A stretch of 64,000 nucleotides of DNA from the NCBI RefSeq assembly GCF_902459465.1, contig NC_047063.1, positions 16,740,001-16,804,000 on the forward strand. The letters are read 5' to 3'. Within the stretch, counting starts at the first letter, position 1. Each line of letters begins with the position of its first letter. This document shows, piece after piece, positions 1 to 10,758 of the stretch. The translations under genes and the position numbers were made by a program. The notes beneath the pieces are model-generated. The model ran no database searches and was not told where the DNA came from. It worked only from the letters and a program-made list of their open reading frames with translations. The stretch comes from Asterias rubens (Eukaryota).

Positions 1-800
1 AGACGGAGGTACGAGGCGAGGGCAACTGGGATACCAGTGGTCAACGAAGCTGCGACTGCCTTGGCAACTTTTCGACTGTCAGACATAATTGGAACAGTCA
101 CCAGTGTGTAACACAAACAAAATGGCCTATGTACTAGTTTGCAAATGCCTTGATAACCTGTTGACCGACACACTTATTGGAAGAGTCAGTGCAACCCAAA
201 CAAGCTTGACCTTTATGCTGTCATGTAATAAGCATTCAATCATACGTTAGAACGAATACTTTTTGCCAAAGTGTGTAGTATTTAATGTAAGGTTTTTGAC
301 AACAATATCTCAGTAGAACTCTGTTTACTGGAGCGAAAGGATCGCACAGAATGGTGTGACTGGATCAACAACAGCACACATAAACCTGGGTTCAAACCCA
401 CAGACCCACTTGTGCTGTTCAGGTTTACTGTAGTCACTGTTTTGAGTGCTTCGGCTCCAGTACACTGATGGCTGTAAAAACAGGTATTATGCATTATCTC
501 ATTAGATAAACCAAAACGTACTTGTTTGCTCTATGATGGTTTATCTTAGATATGGGTTCCCTGTTATTTATTGCTCTTTGGCCATGTGTCATCACAGCTA
601 TACTGCGTGATGTTAAAACAATAGTCTTGACTCAAGTCGGATTTTCAACTTGATTCTACAGACAATCGCGACATAACCGTGGGCACCAATTGAGGGCGTT
701 GTCGCAACATGTTTTTACATAATACACTCGGGTTTTTTTTATGCGTGGTTCAGATAAGGCCGAAAAAGACTGAATTTCAGAAGCCATTTGGACTAACTAT

Positions 801-960
801 ATATTCAAATTGAGGTCACGCTTGAAAAACGATGCTTATCAGTGCAGATAGATCACAAAGGAAACGAATGCACTGTGGGTATATTAAAATTGAGGTCACA
901 CTTGAAAAACGATGCTCATCAGTGCATATAAATCACAAAGGAAACGAATGCACTGTGGGT
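801..960. repeat. 80-bp tandem duplication upstream of g1
   Basis: 801-880 and 881-960 are nearly identical (AAATTGAGGTCAC.CTTGAAAAACGATGCT.ATCAGTGCA...CACTGTGGGT). Confidence 0.95.
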
Positions 961-1065
961 CTCCTATATTTTTCAACACCAAAGTCTATACTCTCATCGA
1001 CTACAACGTGTAAAATCTACAGAATTGAACAAATTTCAACAACACCAACAACTACTAAACTCATT

Positions 1066-3845
1066 ATGTTGAACCAAATCGTAGACTTGCTCCAGATGGT
1101 TGGTTGGCAAACGGCTGTTCTCTTCCTCGTTGTGTTCTTCATTGGACTGTACTGGATTCAGCAGCCTGTGAATCTTCCACCAGGACCGACTGGTTGGCCA
1201 GTCGTAGGCTGTGCACTAAAAGTCAAATCAGGAGAAACTCATATTGCTTTCACCAATTGGTCCAAGCAGTATGGGGTAGTGTTTAGTGTACGACTTGGCC
1301 CTCAGCTCTTCGTAGTTCTGAATGATTTACGCAGCATCAAGAAGGCCTTGCACGAGCAAGCTGATGACTTCTCCGATAGACTGGTTGTAGATTTTGCGAA
1401 ACTACTGGGAGTGGAAGGTTTTCACTCTTTTTTTATAACAAACAACCTGTTAAATTTACAAAATGTACTTTACTTTTCTCTTACCAATACTTTATTTTCC
1501 ACATAATCATGACAATACATAGATATGAAATAACAGAATAGATGGTTATTTATAGTATTAACCATAGTATAACCAACAATCATGGATGATTTCGATGATT
1601 TGTGATTAAATGGGTAAGGACGTATAACATTGTGACTTTATTGTCTCCTTTATAATAGGCAGTGTCGTTTTTGAAAATGGCACTGTTTGGAAGGAGCGTC
1701 GTCGGTTTGGTCTCGGGGCTCTGAGAAGCTTTGGTATGGGCAAGAAAAGCATCGAGCATTCCATCAACGAGGAATCACGGTACCTCCTCGACGGCTTTGC
1801 TGACAAACAAGGAAAACCATTCGATGCCACACACCTCATCAATAATGCCGTCTCCAACATCATTTGTAAAATTTGCTTCGGTTACAGGTTTGACTACTCC
1901 GACCCCAAGTTCGCTGAGCTTATTGCTATTCTCGGAGAGCAATTGTCCGATAGCTCGTCTCTGTTTGCTAACTTTAAGTCGGCTGCGTCTGAAGCTCGGA
2001 CAAAACGAAATGCCGAATTCATCATTGATTTTGTCCGTAAAATAGTCCAGGTATAAAATGCATGTTAATTCATTCAAATATTGCCTTCTTTGTATTTCTT
2101 TTTATAGCATTATGTTGTGCACTATCCACAACAAACCTCTCCCGACGCCCCTCTCTGACCGAAGGGGGGGGGGCGGGGGTACGGGGATTTATGTTTTACC
2201 AGTTCATGTGTATGTTTTCATCTCGATGGTGATGTTTTAAGTAGTCTAAAGTGTTCATTTCCCAGAGTTTATCATCGTACTTTGTTGTATGTGCATCTTT
2301 CTAATTTTACACTTCAAGGACCACCATCAATCATATGATGAAAATGACATCCGGGATATTATTGACATGGGAATAGCCGAGGTCAAGCAGTCAAAGAGCA
2401 AGGAAAAACATGGTGGTCGAAATAAGAAGGAGTTCTTCAACGACGGTGCACTTATTCGAAGTGTTATATTTTTATTCATCGCTGGTACCGATACAACGAC
2501 CCAAACTCTGCTTTGGACTTTGATGTACATGGCTCTACATCCTGATGTGCAAAAGAAGGTACAGTCATTTTAAACTTTTGTGGATCATGTTTTGCTATGT
2601 TTTATTGTTTCTTTTGACATGTCTTGAGTTCCTACTCAACTTGGCTATAGTTATATTGGTGTCAGATGTTTGAGCTCACCTATCGCGTGTGCTCGATTAG
2701 CATCCCCTGAGCCCCGTCAAGGGCTTAATGGGATACTTTGGAACGCTAGGTGGCAGCAGACTTTCCAGGTTTTACCTGGCGTGTCTGCTGCCACCTAGCG
2801 TCCCAAAAGTTCCCTTTTGGTTGACCGTGATCCCGTGCCCAAAATCATATTTTGAGAACCCAGGCTTGTAATATTCGTGAACATCGAATGAAGCCCCATC
2901 CAATTAGTCAAAATAATGTGTACAGTAGAATTGAGCTTATAATGGATGCTCCATCGTGATTACCAAACAGGTCCAGTCTGAAATTGATGAGGCCATTGGA
3001 GGGAGTCGTCAACCACTAATGACCGACAGTCCTAACATGCCGTACACTAATGCCGTTATAATGGAGATGCAACGCATGCGTCCTGTGGCGCCTTTAGCTA
3101 TTCCCCGCAAAACTAGGGACGACACGACGCTGGACGGGTACACAATTCCGTCAAACACGTGTAAGTAGCTTTCAAAATATTAGCTTTTTATTTAAATGAA
3201 AATTTAAACAAGACACGACTTTCTTTTAGTTGTAAATTGTCTCTCCATATCTGCTTCTTCTTATATATATGTATAAAGGCGTGTTTGTCAACATCTGGGC
3301 AGTACACCATGATCCTGCGACGTGGACAGAGCCAGAAAAATACAACCCAGCCCGGTTCCTCTCTGCTGATGGCAAGAGTGTCATTCAACATGGGTCACTC
3401 ATTACATTTGGAACAGGTAGGAAATGGTTTTCTTTTCTTTTCACATCAGGCAGAAAAGGGATACTTTTGGGACGCTGGGTGGCAGCAGACTTACCAGATA
3501 AAAGCATGACAATTTTCCCGATGTATCTGATGCCCCTCATTCGTGTTCCAAAGTCTTCCATTGCGAATGAATGCAAGCCGAAGAGTGTAATCGTAAAGGC
3601 TTAGTTTACCACATTTCGCCATAGTCTAACACAACAGTTTATTTTTGAAATTATTTACAGGTCGCCGTGCCTGCATGGGAGAAAATCTCGCTAAATCCGA
3701 GCTCTTTATTTTCTTTGTCAACATCCTTCAACGATTCACTGTTACCTTTCCAGAGGGTAAAGCGACCCCGTCACAGGATGGATCGGCTGGTGCTATACTT
3801 GGCCCGAGACCATACGAACTGTGTGGCACCATCAGACGTACATAA
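1066..3845 (+). CDS. g1: cytochrome P450, clan 2 (CYP2-like), type A, apparently intact, about 498 aa
   Basis: Exons 1066-1417, 1659-2050, 2319-2558, 2971-3160, 3279-3416, 3661-3845, all with GT..AG boundaries and summing to 1497 nt. Motifs: N-terminal TM anchor + [15 protein letters not shown] (C-helix), AGTDTT (I-helix), EMQR (K-helix), [14 protein letters not shown] (heme Cys). Confidence 0.93.
2729..2814. mobile_element. Hairpin MITE (TGGGAGAC..GTGGCAGCAGACTTACCAGG family)
   Basis: Inverted arms GGAACGCTAGGTGGCAGCAGAC / GTCTGCTGCCACCTAGCGTCC. Other copies at 17399-17484, 5349-5492 and 11964-12103; half copies at about 3458 and 18128. Confidence 0.75.
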
Positions 3846-3968
3846 ATGTTTCAGATTTGGATCTGCGCTCTGTCAATCAAGCCTCGTGCAGTCTGCTTAT
3901 TGCCGTGTAGAATTTATATTTGTTAATATCTTTTTTTTCTGTTTTCGTGAAGTTTTTTAAGTTGATAT

Positions 3969-4317
3969 AAAGGTTTTCTTGGTCCTTTTTGGCAGATGAG
4001 CAGTCAAATTCATTTTCACGCTCTCGAATTAAAGCTTTTTTGTCTCTCCAGCTGTAACTGCGTTTCAAATTCAGAATTCGGCCATTCAATTTCGGTTTGA
4101 GTCGAGTCACACGCCTCAAAAAGCGTCTGCGAATTTGAATGCTGCTTGGATGGATTGTTAAATCGATTGATTATTTTGTTAAATCGAATGACGCAACATT
4201 ACATTCGACTAATCATGAAACGAAATCGAATGACCCTTTTCTGTAGCATTCGATTTCGTGCGAAATAGAATTGTTTGGTGGTTGCTCATTTGCCGAAATT
4301 GACGGAGAAAACTCTAT
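3969..4317. mobile_element. Non-autonomous TIR element 3' of A genes (also 18639-18986)
   Basis: Ends AGGTTTTC..GGCA(G/A)ATGAGCAG / CTGCTCATTTGCCGAAATTGACGGAGAAAACTCTAT, with internal AAATCGAATGA repeats. Confidence 0.7.
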
Positions 4318-5348
4318 GTAGCACCGAGAATGATCAATCTTTCAGAGACCTAAATTGCGTTGCATGAACATAGGATTGTGTAGTTTAAATTAGTGTTTTA
4401 TTATGTTTAACCCCTGTGTCATGGTTTAAAAGGATGCTCTTTTGGTATTCGTTTTATATTTGGCTTGAGAGGGTTTTTAAATCCATTCGTGTTGGGATTA
4501 AGGGTTATTTATTGTTGTCACTGCCTTCTGTTTTTATTGTGTTTTATTGGTGTTGATTTTGCGAGGTTCTCGATTGTTGGTGTTTTAATGTTTTCTGTTG
4601 TGTGATTTTTATAGTGTTTGAATTCAATGTCCTTTTAAGAAACATATTGGCCTACCTATATTGTTATCATTGGTGGGGGTCTGGTTTTACACATCTGAGA
4701 TGACAGTTTATACTTTTAACAATAAATATATCCTTTTTTTAATGTAAAAAATATCTGAATAATAAAATAATGCCGAGACGCACCGTACACGTGTACTTAC
4801 TTGAATCCTTGTCAGATTTAAAGTTACCTGCTCGACTTTTGTATTCTCCCCTATAAAAGGGCTGGTTTCCACAGCAACCGCAAAACAACAAGATCCTTGA
4901 AACTTATTTCTTTGATGTATTATACCTTGTATTAAATTCCATGAATACTGCGTACTGAATTTCACACAGTTTAAGTTGGAATGTTTCATTTTGCCTTTAG
5001 ACTATTTTTCTCAAACTAAATTCATATTCACATAGGATTGTGTTGTTTAAATAATGAATTTAGTTCAAATATTTTTATGAGAAATTACTTCTTAAAAAAA
5101 ACTACGTTATTTCAAAAGAAACCGTTTCTCATAATGTTTTATACTATAAACAGCTCTCCATTGCTCGTTACCAAGTAAGTTCTTACGCTATTAAATTTTT
5201 GTTTGAGTAATTACCATTAGTGTCCAAGGCTTTTCGGGGGGGGGGGGGTACATTTGGTCTCGAGCCCCGACCCCGATCATAAAACATATTTATTTAACAA
5301 GTTAACCTCCATACAAGTGCTTCATTGTTGATCTTTGTGCAACAAGAA

Positions 5349-5492
5349 TGGGAGACTTTTTGGGACGCTTGGTGGCAGCAGACTTACCAGGGAAAATTCA
5401 TTGTTCTCGGTCATGTGCGCACACTCAGAACTACGTAACTGTGGAAATGTACCTGGTAAGTCTGCTGCCACATAGCGTTTCAAAGTCTCCCA
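5349..5492. mobile_element. Hairpin MITE, same family
   Basis: TGGGAGACTTT..GGTGGCAGCAGACTTACCAGG ... CCTGGTAAGTCTGCTGCCAC..AAAGTCTCCCA. Confidence 0.8.
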
Positions 5493-7436
5493 TTGCTCAA
5501 CCACATTGACCCCATAGTTTCTACACTTTATACCGAACGTTATTTACGATGACGTCATTATTTGCAGTTTACTGCCCTACCAAATAATTAAGTGACGACC
5601 TCTATTTCTTTTTACAATGATGTAATAATTGACCAAAATGATGATTTAACTGTGCTCAAGTGCCCGGTGTTCCATTCATCTATACTCCCTTTATCTATAC
5701 TGGGTAAGACACGACACAAGGGCAGTAAAACCTACTGGAATCCGGTGCGTTGCGGCTGGTCTTTAAAGGGTTCAGGTGTTTTCTGTTTCAGAAAGTTTCC
5801 ACAGATTTACATGAAACTTTATCTCGGTTTTAAGATAATAATTATTACTTGCTGAGGTGATGTATTTTTTGAGAAAATAGTAAAACAATTTCATGAAAAG
5901 TACCCAAGCAAACACCTTTTTTAAGTATTTAGTATTAAGAACAGCTTTGGCGGAGTACATTGCTGTATCCGCATTAGTAACTAAACTACCACTGACATCT
6001 AAATAGTTTACCTGATGTGAGAGTATCTAAAAGGAATCTTTTACCACATTTCTAAGAGTAAATTAGAAGGAGCTTTAGGTGCGTCTGGTGACGCATATTT
6101 CAAATGGACCGGGCTTTAATATGATGCCAGACAGTCCTTCCTTTGAGGGCAGAAGTTTCTCTGCCGGGAACTCGAGGCTGAACTGCTGGAGCAGGTTGAC
6201 AAAAATAAGGAAGAGTTCTGTTCTGGCGAGCCTTTCCCCCACGCAGTGACGTCGACCTAAAACACACAATTCCAAAACTGTTATTTTAGGGGTGACCATT
6301 ATAAAATCATAACTTCACCCAGAGTATTGAAGGTGGCTACGATAAATTGATAACATATTTATTAAAGTAAACACGGGAATTTAATTATCTTTCGCCCGTA
6401 AGAAAGATGAACAGATTATCACAAGAGAGGGCGCTACACGGGGTGAAACTTAATGCTTGTTTTGAAAGAAGGGGGAGTTATAAATGTGTAATACCTGTTC
6501 CAAATGGAATGTACGATTCATGCTGAACGACACTCTTGCCATCAGCAGAGAGGAAACGGGTTGGGTTGTATTTCTCTGGCTCTGTCCACGTAGCAGGATC
6601 ATGATGTACTGCCCAGGTGTTAATCAACACACCTGCGGGTAAACATATCAACCTTAATGCTTAGTACCAAACCAATATCAGCCTATTGGGCAGGGGTAAA
6701 ACACAATCTTAGAGGGGTGGTGTACATTTTGGTAAAGACTCTGAAAATGAAAGACATACCAAACTTACGGAATAAGAAGTACCGCATTTTTGGACAGTTT
6801 AATGCTTTTTGAGAAACATTTCAATTCGAAGTACTGTGGTTATGGAACAAAAAAACTGAGTGTAAGAATCGTTAAACGCAGTATTAAAACGCCTCTAATG
6901 TATTTCAATAGCTGATTACTCTTTCTGCGTGAACAAAACCGCTCCAGATTTTTGGTAATATCTCAAAAAAACGGTACCACCATTTCAAATCAACTTTTCA
7001 CAGGTTAGTTTACGGTATTATCTACAATTTTCCAACTACCAAACGCGTTTAAACGTTTCCGTAAAAGGCACCATACCACCACACTGCGAGTAACCGACCG
7101 GTACATCGAGTACAGTGGCAGTGGTGAACTAACCCATAACATTTCTTCAACCTGTCACCCCTTAAAATAATTAGCTGATCATAACGTATAATTCTCCACC
7201 TTGTTATCTTGCTTTGATAGCTATTTCTTACATGTGTTTCTTGGCACAGTGTAGACGTTCAGCGTTGTTTCTTCTTTGGTTTGGTGAGGAATTGTTAAGG
7301 GACCAACCGGTCGAATGCGCAAAGTTTCCAAGATGACGGCGTTCGTGTACGGCATGTACGGACTGTCGGCCATTGATGGCTGGCGACTCCCTCCTATGAC
7401 GTCATCAATCTCAGACTGAACCTGTAGAATGATATA

Positions 7437-7715
7437 GGGTGCGTTCTATTGGCTTCCGTGGGTCTGCCCCGGTATGCCCCCGGTACGTTCGAATAGCTCT
7501 AGCTCTGACGTCATTACAGGGGCTCACCCGAGTTAGCCCCAAGTGCCCTGCTTGTGGAGTGGGCCACTTGGGTCTGGCCTTAGGTGCAGGACGTCACCAC
7601 GAGAGGGTGAGTGGTCGTTCGTAGCTCTTGTAGCAAGACTCCAAAAGCACCAAAGTGCCCTCGCCCTCGGGTGATTGCCGCGGGGTCGACCCAGGGGAGC
7701 TAATAGAACCCACCC
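7437..7715. mobile_element. GC-rich MITE in g2 intron 3
   Basis: Imperfect TIR GGGTGCGTTCTATTGGCTTCCGTGGGTCTGCCCC / GGGGTCGACCCAGGGGAGCTAATAGAACCCACCC. Confidence 0.7.
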
Positions 7716-9155
7716 AATGTTTGTAATAAAATTATATGTAATATTTAACTTTCGTTTGTTTATTGATTTATTGATGTAACTTGTTTTTCTTATGAGAGCA
7801 ATTAAGATAGAAAGGTGATGTATTCTGTATAAGTTTATCCTTCTCGACGAACTTTTTGTCAGTTGGTCGTAGGGTCGTAGATAAACGGTCAAGGGTTTCA
7901 ATGACCGGTCCAATGTTGCAATTCAATGTAAATTCACTTCAGTTTAACGAAGTTTTTAACGATAATCTCAAATGGTTGATTATTATTGTTTGAGTTTCAA
8001 TTGTGTCCATTTTTTAGTATCATTTGTAAGTAGTCAAGTTTTATCTGATGTCAATCAACTGTTATACAAACCCATTTAAAACCTTTACACTTCTTATCTG
8101 AAATGGTATGTTTTGAAACCGTCTACTTCTAAGAAACACTGGTATTGTGATCAGTCAATTGCGGTCTTTGACAAAATGTCAACGGTTAAGTAAAGAGCAA
8201 GATTTGATATCTCTCTTAAATCCATACTTTTCATATCAAGATTGACATAAATAATACGCCAGACAGAAATTTTAAATGTTACCTCTCTCTGTATATTCGG
8301 ATGGAGCGCCATAAACATCACCAACCACAGTAATGTTGTTGATGTTGTTTCTGTTCCATCAATAAACAAGCCAAAAACATTTCCTCTTATGGCTTCGTCA
8401 TCAAAGGAGTCTTTCTCGAATCGACCGTCGACTCTGCCGCTGGTTTTACGTTTCTCGACCTCTGCGAACAGCAGGTCAATAACGTCCCGGATGTCATTTT
8501 TATCGTGAGAATCGCGATGTTCCTGCAAGGGTAGAGGAATTGAAGATAAGGTATGTTCTCTAAAAGTCAGGTACACCTTTTGATAAAATAGAACAGTTTG
8601 AACAAGACTAGTTGCTTTTCTTTTCCCATGAGTAAAATAACGACTAAAGTGATCCGGTTTGGTGGTGGTTCAACGCCTGCACTTTTCTGATGTTTTATTA
8701 GTGTTTTTTAAGTGTACGTTTTTTTTTCATGACATTTTGCCGGTAAATGTCCCAGTTCCCTTACATTTGGGTTAACATAATTTTTATTAGTACTGCAACA
8801 AAAGGAAAAAGACCTGAAGCAACCCAAGGTAATATTATCGAAGTCTTATATAGCGCAAGTATCTACCAACAAGGTACTGAAGCCGCTTTTCAGAAAGATA
8901 GGTTATTGAAGGGATACATTCTGAGACCCTATTATTTAGCACCTTATACGGTGAACCCAATGCAAAACGCTGTCAGAGGAAACATAATATGCCAACTGCT
9001 GCTTCAACATTCATCTCTCGGGGCTGCCATCGGGACTGCCACTCCCGAGTAGGCCTTACAAGTCACAAACACAAGTGCCATCCCTAGCCGAACAATGTCC
9101 CCCAGTTACAAGTCCATCGCCTTTCGAGACGAATGGAGGCCTACTACTACTATAC

Positions 9156-9401
9156 TAGTCTTGGTGCAAGACGTTTCTCGTTTCCCTTTTCACGCACACC
9201 GCGGCCAATTCACCAACAGCGCCCGCACCGACTCAATCCGCACCGACTCACGTGACTAAGTTCATTCACCGCTCCTCCGGGGGAGCGGTGAGTGAACTAA
9301 GTCACGTGAGTCGGTGCGGATTGAGTCGGTGCGGGCGCTGTTGGTGAATTGGCCGCGGTGTGCGTGAAAAGGGAAACGAGAAACGTCTTGCACCAAGACT
9401 A
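9156..9401. mobile_element. 246-bp near-perfect palindromic (foldback) element with a 9-bp TSD
   Basis: Arms of about 120 bp: TAGTCTTGGTGCAAGACG...CACCGCTCC / GGAGCGGTG...CGTCTTGCACCAAGACTA. CTACTATAC is duplicated at 9147-9155 and 9402-9410. Confidence 0.92.
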
Positions 9402-9410
9402 CTACTATAC

Positions 9411-9671
9411 GGGCTTACAAGGTACATTCAGCAGCCACAGCCAGGAACACCAGGGCAAACCCATTATCTTTTCGATAGGTGCACTGGGTTCTTTCACATG
9501 CGTTACACAACACATGGAACCAACGGCTTTACGTCCCATCCGAAGGACGAAGCAATGGTCAAGTGCTTGCTTAAGGACACAAGTGTCACGGTATGGGATT
9601 CGAACCCACACTCTGCTGATCAGAAACACCAGAGTTTGAATTCGGTGCTCTTAACCGCTCGACCACGACAC
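9411..9671 (-). mobile_element. tRNA-derived SINE
   Basis: The minus strand begins GTGTCGTGGTCGAGCGGTTAAGAGCACCG (A box) ... GGGTTCGAATCCC (B box), followed by GACACTTGTGTCCTTAAGCAAGCACTTGACC, which resembles a CORE-type SINE body. A body fragment also occurs at about 55130-55210. Confidence 0.8.
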
Positions 9672-10379
9672 TTCCGTAGATTTTTGTATAGACCGGACCT
9701 GGGCCGGCTTTTTGTCAACCATTACTCGACTGACAGAACCCATCGTCTACAATATTATTCAAGTCACCGTTGAAAGGAACAATTCTAAAAATTGTAGATG
9801 GATCACAGTCGCTTTAATGTTAAATTATGTTAATACTCACCCGTACTATACGAGAGAAAAGTTCCGTTAGACGTCTGCTATTTGCTTTCAAATGAGAGTA
9901 AAAAGCCGTATCTTAACTGCTGCCTGATCAACTCAAGTATCTCCGTGATGTCTGGATCCAAAAAGTTGAATCTTCTCCCAATGCACATTTTACAAATGAC
10001 ATTCGAGACGGTAATTTCGACTTGGTGCGTGGGGTCAAATGGTTGTCCCTCTTGGTCTGCGAAGCCGTCGAGGAGGTACCGTGATTCTTCGTTGATGGAA
10101 TGCTCGATGATTTTCTTGCCCATACCAAAACTTTTAAGAGCCTGAATACCAAACCGACGACGGACCTTCCAAATGTCACCACTTTCTTCGGAAATAGAAC
10201 CTGTTTATAATATAATTCATTTATTTGCCTGGTGCATCAGAAATTTACCGACATACAAGAGGAGCCTATGAACGTTAAACAATAAATGGAAATAATGAAG
10301 GTTAATCAAACGGTTCATATTAAAGGGTCTATGTACTTTTTGTAGGACAACAAACACAATATCCACAGATTTACCTTAA

Positions 10380-10758
10380 AGGCAGTGGACACTATTGGTA
10401 AGTACTCAACATAATTATGAGCATAAAACCTTTCTTGGTGTCGAGTGATGTGGAGAGGCTGATGGTATAAAACATTGTGAGAAACAGCTCCCTCTGAAGT
10501 GCCATAGTTTTCGGGAAAGAAGTAATTTTCCACATATTTGATTTCGAGACCTCAGATTTAGAACTTGAGTTCTCGAAATCAACCATCTAAACGAACACAA
10601 CTTCGTGTGACAAGGGTGTTTTCTTCTTTCATTATTATCTCACAACTTTGATGACCGATTGAGCTCAAGTTTTCACAGGTTAGTTATTTTATGCATATAT
10701 TGAGATACACCAACTGTGAAGGCTAGTCTTTGACAATTACCAATAGTGTCCACTGCCT
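10380..10758. mobile_element. TTAA-flanked MITE (Kolobok-like: AG..CT termini, TTAA TSD)
   Basis: TTAA|AGGCAGTGGACACTATTGGTAA ... TTACCAATAGTGTCCACTGCCT|TTAA. Confidence 0.88.

Noticed and set aside
1-494. Possible minus-strand exons of a neighbouring gene (471-386 bounded by TTTTTACAG/GT; an open stretch in 1-110)
   Set aside because: No recognisable domain, short and truncated by the window edge; cannot be supported without transcript or homology data.
832-1065. 78-aa N-terminal extension of the g1 ORF
   Set aside because: It arises from the 80-bp promoter duplication. All paralogs start at MLNQIV/MLNLV followed by the TM anchor.
1104-2077. Alternative-frame and antisense ORFs overlapping CYP exons (repeated in every copy)
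   Set aside because: Shadows of the P450 coding sequence. Their recurrence reflects DNA duplication, not independent conservation.
9585-9671. Possible functional tRNA gene (also 13720-13800)
   Set aside because: A and B boxes are present but there is no convincing cloverleaf, and they continue into SINE-body sequence.
9349-9773. ORFs of 74-137 aa
   Set aside because: They lie in the SINE and palindrome and have no protein features.
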